A stretch of 64,000 bases of DNA from Centroscyllium fabricii (GCA_051313645.2 JBNRSN020000010.1:132680001-132744000); one strand, 5' to 3'. Positions 25,984-36,417 are shown, counted from the first letter of the stretch. Numbers and translations are program-made. Notes: a model not told the origin generated them from the sequence alone.

Positions 25984-26727
25984 GTAAAGGAAACCATTGC
26001 AGCACACAGCGGGGACCTCGAGGCTGGCGAGGCTGCCTGTGCAGAGATGGTGTTGGACAGCACACCCTCCCCTGTCCCCAGGGGGAAGCGTGGCCAGGAC
26101 GATGACCAGCTGCAGTCACTCCAGAAGAGGGTGCACGAGTCTGGGGAGCTCCTCAAAAATCTCGCACAGCCTCAGCCCATCACAACCACCTCAGCCTTCG
26201 CCAACTACGTGCGTGACAGCCTGGTCAGCATGTCCATGCGCAACTTCCAGAAGGCAAGGTTGCGCATCAACACCATCCTCACTGAGCTGATGGAGGAGGA
26301 CACTGAGGAAGAAACCCCCATTTACGTGCGATCACCTTCAGCACCAGCTACCTACACCCCCACGTCGTCGGCGATGTACCAGCAACATACCCACAGGTGG
26401 AGACACACGGCACCGGCTGCGTCAGTCTGTGGACCGTACATGCACCAGCCACAGTACCAGCAGATGATGCCACAGTACCAGCAGATGATGCCTCCTCCCC
26501 CTCAGCATCTGTTCCAGCATCCTCCTCCTCCTCTGATGACGCAGCAGCCAAGCCTCGCCTCTTCATCTGCTGCTATAGGCTCGGCTGGCCAGGTACTGAG
26601 CCATAGCCAAAGCACCTTCGACACTAGTGATATGTTTAATATCTCTGGATTCAGCATTTCCAGCGGTCCTAATGCTGCAAGCAGCCCGTCTGGGGAGCTG
26701 AAGACACCTCCACCATCAGAGGACTGA
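25984..26727 (+). CDS. MADF protein exon 2 (BESS-like motif, Q/P-rich tail); spliced product 427 aa
   Basis: TTGCAG| acceptor after a 112-bp AT-rich intron, phase 0; FANYVRDSLVSMSMRNFQKARLRINTIL; TGA overlaps AATAAA (26727-26732). Confidence 0.8.
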   Translation, partial: VKETIAAHSGDLEAGEAACAEMVLDSTPSPVPRGKRGQDDDQLQSLQKRVHESGELLKNLAQPQPITTTSAFANYVRDSLVSMSMRNFQKARLRINTILTELMEEDTEEETPIYVRSPSAPATYTPTSSAMYQQHTHRWRHTAPAASVCGPYMHQPQYQQMMPQYQQMMPPPPQHLFQHPPPPLMTQQPSLASSSAAIGSAGQVLSHSQSTFDTSDMFNISGFSISSGPNAASSPSGELKTPPPSED

Positions 26728-26731
26728 ATAA

Positions 26732-27319
26732 AAGGTGACATTGTTTTTGCCATGTTTGTGCAATTTTGTATATACGTTTGATTTTTCAAAGAAGGTGAGA
26801 TTGTTTTTGCCATGTTTGTGCCATTTTGTATATACGTTTGATTTTTCAGAGAATTTGAGATTGTTTTTGCCATGTTTGTGCCATTTTGTATATACGTTTG
26901 ATTTTTCAGAGAAGTTGAGATTGTTTTTGCCATGTTTGTGCCATTTTGTATATACGTTTGATTTTTCAGAGAAGTTGAGATTGTTTTTGCCATGTTTGTG
27001 CCATTTTGTATATACGTTTGATTTTTCAGAGAAGTTGAGATTGTTTTTGCCATGTTTGTGCCATTTTGTATATACGTTTGATTTTTCAGAGAAGTTGAGA
27101 TTGTTTTTGCCATGTTTGTGCCATTTTGTATATACGTTTGATTTTTCAGAGAAGTTGAGATTGTTTTTGCCATGTTTGTGCCATTTTGTATATACGTTTG
27201 ATTTTTCAGAGAAGTTGAGATTGTTTTTGCCATGTTTGTGCCATTTTGTATATACGTTTGATTTTTCAGAGAAGTTGAGATTGTTTTTGCCATGTTTGTG
27301 CCATTTTGTATATACGTTT
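26732..27319. repeat. 60-bp minisatellite, about 9.8 copies
   Basis: Unit GAAGTTGAGATTGTTTTTGCCATGTTTGTGCCATTTTGTATATACGTTTGATTTTTCAGA; most copies identical. Confidence 0.97.
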
Positions 27320-27947
27320 TTAGACCATTGTTATCATGTTTAATTATTTAATAAAAGTTGAGCAAACTCTTGATGTTTGTTGATGTTATTGTTTTAATAT
27401 TTAAATCATAAACAATAATTAACAATAATAAATTCATACACTTTGGAAAAGGTATAATAATATAATGTACATGTATATTGAAAAGTGGATAATTGAAAAA
27501 AAGGCTTTTTAAACAGGAGCTGTAAGTTCTGTGGTCATTCGGAAGACGTCAAATACGTCAATATGCGTTGGAGATACGTTACACATAGGTTCAAAGCACG
27601 TTACTCATAGGTTAGAAATAAGTTCCGGGTACGCTAGACATTATCTCAACGTATTTTGACGTATGACAACTTACAAGTAACGTGTGTCAACGATCGCCTA
27701 ACGTGCCTACAACGTATGGCCAGCGTATGCGGAACGTGTGAATCATACGCTAGATACGTCGAGATTTTTTGTGCATGCTCAAAAAATCTCGACTTACTCG
27801 AAGTACAACGACATATGCAACGTATGGCCAGCGTATGCCAGCGTGCTCTTAACGTATACAAAACGTACCCATAACGTATCCGACGTAAACCAGCGTTTTA
27901 GCCAAATTTGCATACGCTGGCTAAAACGTCAAGGTGTGACAGCCCCT

Positions 27948-28845
27948 TTAGTGCCTCGCGTTACTGTGCCTTTGCCTACTCTAGTGCTCCTACGAAGTGT
28001 TGACCCAGTGGCTGCAGCAGGGCTGGTGGAAGGCTGCTGGGTGTCCGTGCGGGAGACTTCAGATGGCCTTGCAGGGCACCCTTGACCAGCTCTGGGCCTG
28101 GAAGGCCTGGCTGTAAACTGCACCACCTCAACATGGGCGGCAGCAGTCTGGGTTGGCTGGATGACAGGCAGCAACAAGGGCAATGGCGGAGTGGCAGTGG
28201 TAGGAGCAGGAATTATGTCATCCTGAGAGAGGACAGCAGCTTCCTGCTCCATTGACACTCCCCCAGGGCAGCACCTCAGTATCCCTAGCAATCTGTTGGA
28301 GTACATGTTGCTGGCCTGCTGTGACACCGTGAAAGTCCCAGTTGGTGGTGGTAGACCCAGCCATGATGGCAGCAGTCAGAGCTTGCGTGGCATCAAGCTG
28401 AGACTGCATGAGAGCAGTTTGAGATCGGATGACACCAACCATAGACTGCATTACAGCACTAAGCTTTTGCTTCCAAGGGGCATCCAGGGGCCCTGGATCC
28501 AGGAGATAGGTAGAAAGACACTTACCTCCTTGATACAGCAGTCCTCACCTTGCTGTAACTACTGGGTTTTAGGAAGTGTGTAAAACAACCAGTTAGAGTT
28601 AAATACAAAATGGGGGTTAAAGAGGCTTCAAGCCTCATTGTAATATTTAAATTGACACCCCGCCTCCTGGCAGTGGGTTGACTGGCTGCCCCCCCCCCCC
28701 CCCCCACCCCCCGGTCCGTCCCGCCTCTGTTAAAACCGGAAGTGGGCGGGCTGAAGGCAGGTTCAGGTTGGAATTCTGATTTTTAACAATTGAACTACCC
28801 CCACGCTAAAACCCACCCGTTTGTTTCAGGTATAAATTCACCCCA
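27948..28845 (-). mobile_element. Older Harbinger relic (Myb/SANT gene 3' part) that hosts the MADF element
   Basis: The joined flanks CACCCTTGTGCAATCCC-TTA-GTGCCTCG align with 3965-4035. Confidence 0.65.
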
Positions 28846-30218
28846 TAGTATCTGTCCTATTTGGCTGGAGAGGGGTAGAAAACATTTACCTGCTTTTATT
28901 GGCAACCATAATATCTCTGACTTAAATTGGGGGGAGGAGGGAGGAATTTAACTTGACATACTGGGGTTTAAAAAAATGCATATCTTTTCTCATGGGTCGG
29001 AATCTGACTGGCTCTCCAGGGTGTAATCGGCGCAATGTCTATTCCACAGGCTCTGCAGAATTAGAGTTACAACAATGTGTGTGTGGCTGGCTGTGTGCTG
29101 CCAGGGATGAGGTGACCTGCGATGATACAATAGTTCTGTTAAGATGGCAATGACTAAGCTGAAAAAATGACTCAATGTAAAGGTTAAAACTGAGCCTAAA
29201 ATACCCTTTGAAGTGGTTCACTACTAGAGAACATCGCTCATGTTATGGATATGGGAACAAGAAAATGAATGTACAGAAATTGCAATTAAATATAATTTAT
29301 TTAACACTGTACATCATTTGATAGATTTTACCTTAAAACATCACACCTAATATGCACTATAGATATATTTACTTGCATTTGACAGCTTCCTGAAAAAATA
29401 GATGATTATTTAATTCGGCAACAGTCTGAATTCCCCTTCCCCCGACTTTGTTGTGCTATTTGAAGGGTCCTTTAAAGAATGATGTGTTCCATGGAGTTTT
29501 TGATTTCTTAATCTCTGTCAGAGTCTGCCTTAACATGGCAGGTTGACTGATCATTTTGACATTCACGAATATCTAAACTGCATATTAGTTATGAATTTGA
29601 AAAGCTTAATTTTATCAAAATGATGATTCAGTGGTAAATAAATTACATTTAGTTGCAATTTTTGTATGTGTTTAACTTTAATCTTTCTGCATTAAAATGC
29701 AAAATCACCACATACAGTGTCCAAGAAAGATATGGACAATTGTATTGTTTAATTCCATGAATGACATACTGTAGGAAGAAATGTGTCTACAAGTCACCAG
29801 GTCTCCTGAATTAATACAAGCAAGGCCTATTGTTTGGTTTTCTCATTTGTAAGATAAAATTCATTGATGACCGGGGTCGCTGCTGTGAAGTTGCTGTACA
29901 GCTCAGAGAGTGAGGGAACCAAGATCAGCATTTAATTCGTTATCCAAATGCTGCAGCATGTGACTCAATGCTTGACTTATATTTTTATAAAGTAACACTT
30001 ACTCAACATTGCTTCAACATGTCAATTGGCATAAACAAAAGGACTTTTAAACTCCACCCAGCTCACTGGGGAAAATAGAAACCTATCAGAATATTGATCT
30101 TATTAAAGAATGCCTTGCAAAGGAAACAGCATTTTTTTTGAGTTGCCAGATTCTGCTGCATTCCAGAGAAAAGAATTCATCATTAAAGTACAAAATTCAA
30201 ACTTTGTTAAAACATTAA

Positions 30219-31687
30219 GGGGCCCTTCACAATTGTCAACATTTTCACGAGCGTACAAACCGTACGCTGGGGGGGAGGGGGTCCGACTTGTCCGTACGCT
30301 TTTTTAAAAATGTCGATTGAAATTGTCTTCTCTACGCCCCTCTCCTCCCCTACAAACTAAACCTAACGTCGGGGTCTCTCTCTCCCTCTGCCTCCGGCCC
30401 GCCTAAGCCTAACCTTCCTTCCTTGCTGGAGGCCGTAGGCCTCTCCCGAACCGGCCGCTTTCCCTCTGCCTCCGGCCCGCCTAAACCTAACCTTCCTCCC
30501 CCTAGCTAGGAGCGGTCGGTTCCCAACCGACCTCTCCGCTCTCACATAGTAAACTCTACCATTCGGATGGGGTCTGCATTATATAGTCGTCTAGGTTAGG
30601 GGAGGGCTGGGGCGGTGACTCGGGGAACTCTACTATTGGTGTGTCGTCGGTGGGGGCGGGGGCTTTGTGTAGCTTGTTCCAAGTAGGTAGTAGGTTGCCG
30701 AGGCGTATAGTTACTTTTAGAAGAAAGGTGTAGTGTCTGTTGGCCGCCCCGGCGGCCGTCGGGCTCAGCGTGATGGTCTGTTCTGTGAAGTCGCTCCAGA
30801 ACAGCGTGCCTAGGTCGTTGTCAGTGTAGGAGGTGGTCCACGTCTCCCTTATATTATGCCACCCGCACTGGTGTAGTGTTTTCGGCCGGATAGTGAGGGC
30901 GTAGTGCTTCGTTTTACTGCCGGAGAAAGTAAAAGGAGGCACGAGCCGGCTTTGTTTAAACCGTAACAGCTCTATAGGGCTGTACGGGATATCTTTATTG
31001 CTGTTGTCGGTGTAGGTCTCGTTATCGTAGGCGATTACATAATAGCCGTAGTTAGCGTCGCTCTGGTTATACATAGCTGTTTTCTGTTTTCCCGTGCTGC
31101 TCTGTGTTAGGGTTGGGGAGGTGGTAGGCATAGGGATATAGACTATTTTTACCCACTCAAAATCGGCATAGTGTCCCAGTAGGTTAGTGATGTCCTCCGT
31201 CCCTCCGAACACGGCCGACAGCGAAATATGCCACGCGTACTGCGCGCTGGCGGGCGTTGTTTTTCCGTTGTCTGCTGTAGTTAGTCGGGCTACCATGTGG
31301 TAAGCTAGTTTGACGGAGAGTGTTCTGGCGTCTCGGGGTACTGTGTACCTTATGTTGCGTTGTCTGGTGTAGCGTTGTCGGTAGTAGTAGGGCTTCTTTC
31401 TCTGGTAGCTTGTCCGTCTTCCGTACGCCCTTCTCCTCCACCACATCTTTGCTGCTAGTGGGGGGGGGGGGCATAGGTTAGCTTTAGTGCCTTTCCCCTC
31501 GCCTTAGGGTTAGGTGGTTGTTTATGCATTTTTGTCATCGTAATGCTGCTCCGGCCGCTTTTAAATTCCATGTTGGAAAAAATCAACATTTTTGGTGTAC
31601 ACTTCCAGGGGGGGGGGGGGGGGGGGGGTAGCAAAAAAGAGTACTCTTTGTACACTTGTGAAAATGTTGACAATTGTGAAGGGCCCC
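30219..31687. mobile_element. TIR DNA transposon (PIF/Harbinger signature) carrying a viral capsid-like gene
   Basis: Perfect 30-bp TIR GGGGCCCTTCACAATTGTCAACATTTTCAC (30219-30248 and 31658-31687), extending to 47 bp with 4 mismatches; TAA on both flanks (30216-30218, 31688-31690). Confidence 0.93.
30556..31446 (-). CDS. Circovirus/CRESS-DNA-virus-like capsid protein, 296 aa, intact
   Basis: Arg/Tyr-rich N-terminal arm (MWWRRRAYGRR...RQRYTRQRNIRY); Y-ADFEWVKIVYIP resembling circoviral Y-RIxxVKVEFxP; TIRPK; C-terminal YTFLLKVTIRL strand; A at Kozak -3; no stops. Homology judged by eye. Confidence 0.75.
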   Translation of the reverse strand: MWWRRRAYGRRTSYQRKKPYYYRQRYTRQRNIRYTVPRDARTLSVKLAYHMVARLTTADNGKTTPASAQYAWHISLSAVFGGTEDITNLLGHYADFEWVKIVYIPMPTTSPTLTQSSTGKQKTAMYNQSDANYGYYVIAYDNETYTDNSNKDIPYSPIELLRFKQSRLVPPFTFSGSKTKHYALTIRPKTLHQCGWHNIRETWTTSYTDNDLGTLFWSDFTEQTITLSPTAAGAANRHYTFLLKVTIRLGNLLPTWNKLHKAPAPTDDTPIVEFPESPPQPSPNLDDYIMQTPSEW

Positions 31688-32339
31688 TAATAGCCTTGTA
31701 GCTCCAGAACTCCTTTTTCTGACCTGCACGAATTACATTTGATGCTATAAAACATGGCGGACCAGAAGGCCTGTGGCAGAGTTCTCACTGCTCTCCATTA
31801 CAGATTCCAGTCCCTTTAAAATCTGGCAAGGGGGTTGCCTGCCATATGTGTGACGAGTTTCACCAGTTCTGAGATAAGTTACATGGCACGATATCTCACC
31901 GGGACAAAGGCTAACATGTTTCCCAACAGTGCAGATTAAGGAGCATAATTATTGATGTATTCTAAATGATCAATCCATGAAGTAGTACTGTCTACATGAC
32001 AATGAAGATATTTACTGGGTTTAACAAAATCGTAAGATAACCATATAATTAGAGGTGATAAGGAGGCAACGGAAAGAATCCAGATTGATCTTTAAAGTCA
32101 CCACAAAAAGGATTTGTTTCCTGAAGACAATCAAACTTATTTCAATGATCCAACAATTTGGTGGATTCTTTTTACTGTGTAAGCAGAGTAGCAATCATAT
32201 CATTATTTATCTGATGGAAATTATCCTTTTTCCTCCATAAGCTGTCTAAAGGTTCCGTGTATCATAGGAATGTATTTCCAAAATGAAAGCACCACAACAT
32301 AAATTTGTGACAGATAATTGATATATTAATGCATAAATA

Positions 32340-32930
32340 GAAGAAATTCAGCCCATCGCATCTGTAGCAGCTCTTTGTTAGAGCAATCGAAAACTGATCT
32401 CACTACTCTGCACTCTCTCCATAGCCTTTTATCATTCTCTTCTCCAAATATTAATCCAAATTTCTCTTAAAAGATGCAAAGTTCTCCACCTCAACCATTC
32501 ACTGTGCCACAGCATTCCATGCTCCAACAATCCTTTGTATAAAGAAATCTCTCCTAACCTCTCTCCTCACTCTCTTAGTGACAATTTTAAAGTAATAACC
32601 CCTTGGCGCTTACTCGCCAACCAGAAGAAATGTATTTTCCCAGTTTAGTCTATAAAAACTCTTCATAACTTTAAAAATCTCAATGAAATCTCCTTTCATT
32701 CTTCTATTCACCAGTGAAAATAGTCCCAATATCTCAAGTCTCTTCTCATAACCATAAAGAAAAATATTCATTTTTGTTTCATAACTTTCTCAATTTCTGG
32801 CATTATGCTGTTTAATTTATACTACAGGTATACACAATGTTTGACTTTAATACCCTTTCTATAATGGAGTGCTCAAAACTGCACACAGGATGCTAATTGT
32901 AGCCTAAATAATGTTTTGTATAAATTCATT
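32340..32930 (-). mobile_element. Old, highly diverged CR1 3' fragment
   Basis: Degenerate similarity to the CR1 3' ends at 5300-5570 and 19400-19850. Confidence 0.55.
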
Positions 32931-33152
32931 GTTATTTCTTTATTATTCTAGAGGCTTATTAGAAAAATTGAGGAGTCTAGCACAAAATCTAGCAACATTG
33001 ATAGAAAGTTGGTTGATGGACCAGAAACAAAGAGTTTGGCTGTTGCTGAGACTGGAGGAGGGTTAGAAGTGGAGTACCCCAAGGTCTGTGCTGCCCCTAT
33101 TTATAAAATTCAAAATTGTATTGGCCTTTTTTATGGCTCTCTCTCCTTATGG

Positions 33153-33508
33153 GTCATTCCTGCCATCCCAGGTATCGGCCTGGTGAGTCTTCACTGCACT
33201 TCCTCCAGGTAGGAACATCCTTCCTCGGATGGGGCAGCCAGGGCTGCACGCAGTGCTCAGGATGTGGTCTCGCCAAGGCCCTGTGCAGCAGTAGCGGGAC
33301 ATCCTTGCTCCTGTCCTCGAATCCTCACGCTACGGGGGCCAGCATACCATTTGCCTTCTTGACCGCTTGCTGCACCTGTGTGCTTACCTTCAGCGACTGG
33401 TGCTCAGGGACACCCAGGTCTCGTTGTACTTCCCCTTCTCCCAATCTATTGCCATTCAGATAATAATCTGCCTTCCTGTTTTTGCCACCAAAGTGAATAA
33501 CCTCACAT
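33153..33508 (-). mobile_element. Inverted CR1 RT segment with plus-strand A-to-G clusters
   Basis: Collinear with positions 8-360 of the window but with many A-to-G differences; complementary to about 34550-34910. Confidence 0.85.
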
Positions 33509-33510
33509 TG

Positions 33511-35253
33511 ATAGTTTCTATAGTTACATAAAAAGAAAAAGGATGGCTAAAGTAAATGTTGGTCCGTTAGAGGATGAGACCGGGAAATTAATGGTAGGGG
33601 ACATGGAGATGGCAAAAGCGCTGAACAAATATTTTGTATCAGTCTTTACAGTAGAGGACACTCAAAATATCCCAACATTGGATAAATGGGTGGCTCTAGA
33701 GGGGGAGGAGCTAATTACGATTAAAGTCACTAAGGAGGTGGTACTCGGGAAAATTATGGGACTTAAGGAGGATAAATCCCCTGGACCTGATGGCTTACAT
33801 CCTAGGGTCTTGAGGGAAGTGGCGGTAGGGATTGTGGATGTGTTGGTAATAATTTTTCAAAACTCTCTGGATCGGCAAAGGTTCCGGCAGATTGGAAAAC
33901 TGCTAACGTAACGCCTTTATTTAAAAAGGGTAATAGACAGAAGGCTGGAAATTATAGACCAGTTAGCCTAACATCTGTGGTTGGCAAAATGTTAGAATCC
34001 ATTATTAAGGAAACAGTAACAGGGCATTTGGATAAACATCATTTAATAGGACAAAGTCAACATGGTTTTACAAAGGGGAAGTCATGTTTGACAAATTTGC
34101 TAGAGTTCTTTGAGGACATAACATATAGGGTGGATAAAGGGGAACCAGTGGATGTGGTGTATTTGGATTTCCAAAAAGGCATTTGACAAGGTGCCCCACA
34201 GAAGACTATTACTCAAGATAAAAAATCACGGGGTTGGGGGAAATATTCTGGCATGGGTGGAGGATTGGCTTTCTAACAGAAAACAGAGAGTTGGGATAAA
34301 TGGTTCATTCTCAGACTGGCAGTCAGTCACTAGTGGTGTTCCGCAAGGGTCAGTGCTGGGACCCCAACTCTTTACAATCTATATTAATGATTTGGAAGAA
34401 GGGACCAAGTGCAACATATCAAAGTTTGCAGATGACACAAAGATAGGAGGGAGGGTGATGAATGAGGAGGACATTAAAAACCTGCAAAAGGACATAGATA
34501 GGCTAAGTGAGTGGGCAGAGATTTGGCAATTGGATATATAATATGGGAAAGTGTGAAGTTATGCACTTTGGCAGGAAAAATAATAGAGCGAGTTATTATC
34601 TGAATGGAAAGGAACTGGAAAGTACTTCAGTGCAAAGGGATCTGGGGGTCCTGGTGCAGGAAACACAAAAAGTTGATATGCAGGTGCAGCAGGTGGTCGG
34701 GAGGGCCAACGGAATGTTGGCTTTTGTTGCTAAGGGGATTGAGTATAGAGGCGGGGAGGTCTTGCTGCAGTTGTGCAGGGTATTGGTAGGACCACACCTG
34801 GCATACTGTGTGCAGTTCTGGTATCCCTATTTGAGAAAGGACATACTTGCTCTCGAGGCAGTGCAGGGAAGGTTCACTAGGTTGGTTCCGGGGATGGGGG
34901 GGCTGACATGTGACGGGAGGCTGAGTAGATTGGGCCTCTACTCATTGGAGTTCGGGGGAGTGAGAGGCGAAAAAACAGATAAAAAACCCAGTAGCCAATT
35001 TGGGAGAAAAAATCTGGGAAATTCCTCTCCGACCCATCTAGGCGATCAAAAACTGGTCCAGGAGATCACATGGCCGATCTGAACCTAGCCTCACATCCCA
35101 ACCTCAATGGGTGATCACATGGGTTTGGGCGGGATGGAGAGTAAAAATAAAATTGAGGTTGGGATCAGATCGGCCATGATCTTGTTGGATGGCGGAGCAG
35201 GCTCGAGGGGCTGATTGGCCTACTCCTGCTCCTATTTCTTATGTTCTTATGTT
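33511..35253 (+). mobile_element. CR1 LINE ORF2 3' half with an internal deletion/inversion and a 3' tail
   Basis: [44 protein letters not shown]; 34963-35107 inverted relative to its flanks; TTCTTATG tail. Confidence 0.92.
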
Positions 35254-36107
35254 TATCTACCTGCACTTGCATGTCTAGCGAATTATGTATTTGAACCCCT
35301 GGGTATATCTGTTTATCCACACCCTTCAGTGTCTTTTCATTGAGTGTATTCTGTACTTCCATTCCTTGATTTTTCTCCTATAATGTATTATACACATTTA
35401 TATCCACATTAAATTGCATCTGCAACAGGGAGCAGTTTTGAGGAAAATCATCCTGCACCCAAAGGATGCCTGAAAGACATTCGATCCAATATTGGGTTCA
35501 GCATTTTCAGGTATCCCTAGTGGCCACCTAAATCAGGCGTTTGGCTACTTACATAAATAAATGAGGGGGCCTAGTGCTGTTTTAGGTGGTCTCTGGGAAA
35601 TTAGACAAAGAAGTGGCCCAAAATTCATCTTTTTAAATAGGTGAGTTGCCTGTGGAGTCACAACATGCACCAGCAGCTCGCCCAAATAATGTTAATGAAG
35701 CTTGAGGCCCAATTAAGGGCCAGGCTCCGGACCCCCAGTTGGGACGTGCACTATGTGCCCGAGAATGAACTTAAAGCAATTCCCACCTCTATGTATCTAC
35801 TGGATAGTCCCAGTAACTAGGAGTTCCCGGCACAGTGAGTCCAGTCTCCATCTGCTGCACTGAGAATGATCCCCACTTCCCTCTACATTGTCCTGAACTA
35901 CCGAGCACCCACCTCTTGAATGACCACATTCTGAAGAGTACAATCTAGAAAATGCTCATCTTCTCTGACGCTGTGGAGTGTGACTCATTCCCTCTCAAGC
36001 ACCAAAATCCTCTGCTCCAAAGACTTGACTTCATGACTTTTTGTGCAAAGATGCTGAGGATCGATGATGGTCCACAGGAAAAAAACTACCAATCAAAGAA
36101 CAACTAA

Positions 36108-36417
36108 TCATAGAATCATAGCATCCCTACAGTGCAGATAGAGGCCATTTTGGCCCATCGAGCCTGCACCGATACATATCCCACCCTATCCCCGTAACCC
36201 CACACATTTAATCCCCCTAACACTAAGGGTCAATTTATCATGGCCAATCAACCTAACCCGCACATCTTTGGACTGTGGGAGGAAACCGGAGCACCCGGAG
36301 GAAACCCACGCAGACACGGGAGAATGTGCAAACTCCACACAGATAGTCACCTGAGGCCGGATTTGAACCCGGGTCTCCAGTGCTGTGAGGCAACAGTGCT
36401 AACCACTATGCCGCCCC
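36108..36417 (-). mobile_element. tRNA-derived V-SINE (HE1-like)
   Basis: Near-identical to 22880-23148; B box GGTTCAAATCC on the minus strand. Confidence 0.85.

Larger units (their letters stand above)
24977..27947 (+). mobile_element. Non-autonomous PIF/Harbinger-type transposon encoding a MADF protein
   Basis: 57-bp TIRs (24977-25033 and 27891-27947, 2 mismatches); TTA TSD (24974-24976, 27948-27950); subterminal ACGTAT/GCGTAT arrays; no transposase. Confidence 0.92.

Noticed and set aside
26502-27343. 263-aa and 202-aa repetitive ORFs; possible CRISPR-like array
   Set aside because: They are translations of a 60-bp minisatellite lacking stops in those frames; the units are identical with no unique spacers.
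31500-31515. Telomere-like TTAGGGTTAGG in the capsid element
   Set aside because: Fewer than two full units, too short to support a telomeric integration mechanism; may relate to the CCTAAC motifs at the other end.
30219-31687. Complete integrated circovirus genome
   Set aside because: No Rep ORF, no NANTATTAC stem-loop, and the boundaries are TIRs with a TSD rather than a linearised circle.
30217-31689. Tc1/mariner (TA) or piggyBac (TTAA) assignment for the capsid element
   Set aside because: The right flank is TAAT, not TTAA, and a TA duplication does not fit symmetric TIR ends; only TAA matches both sides.
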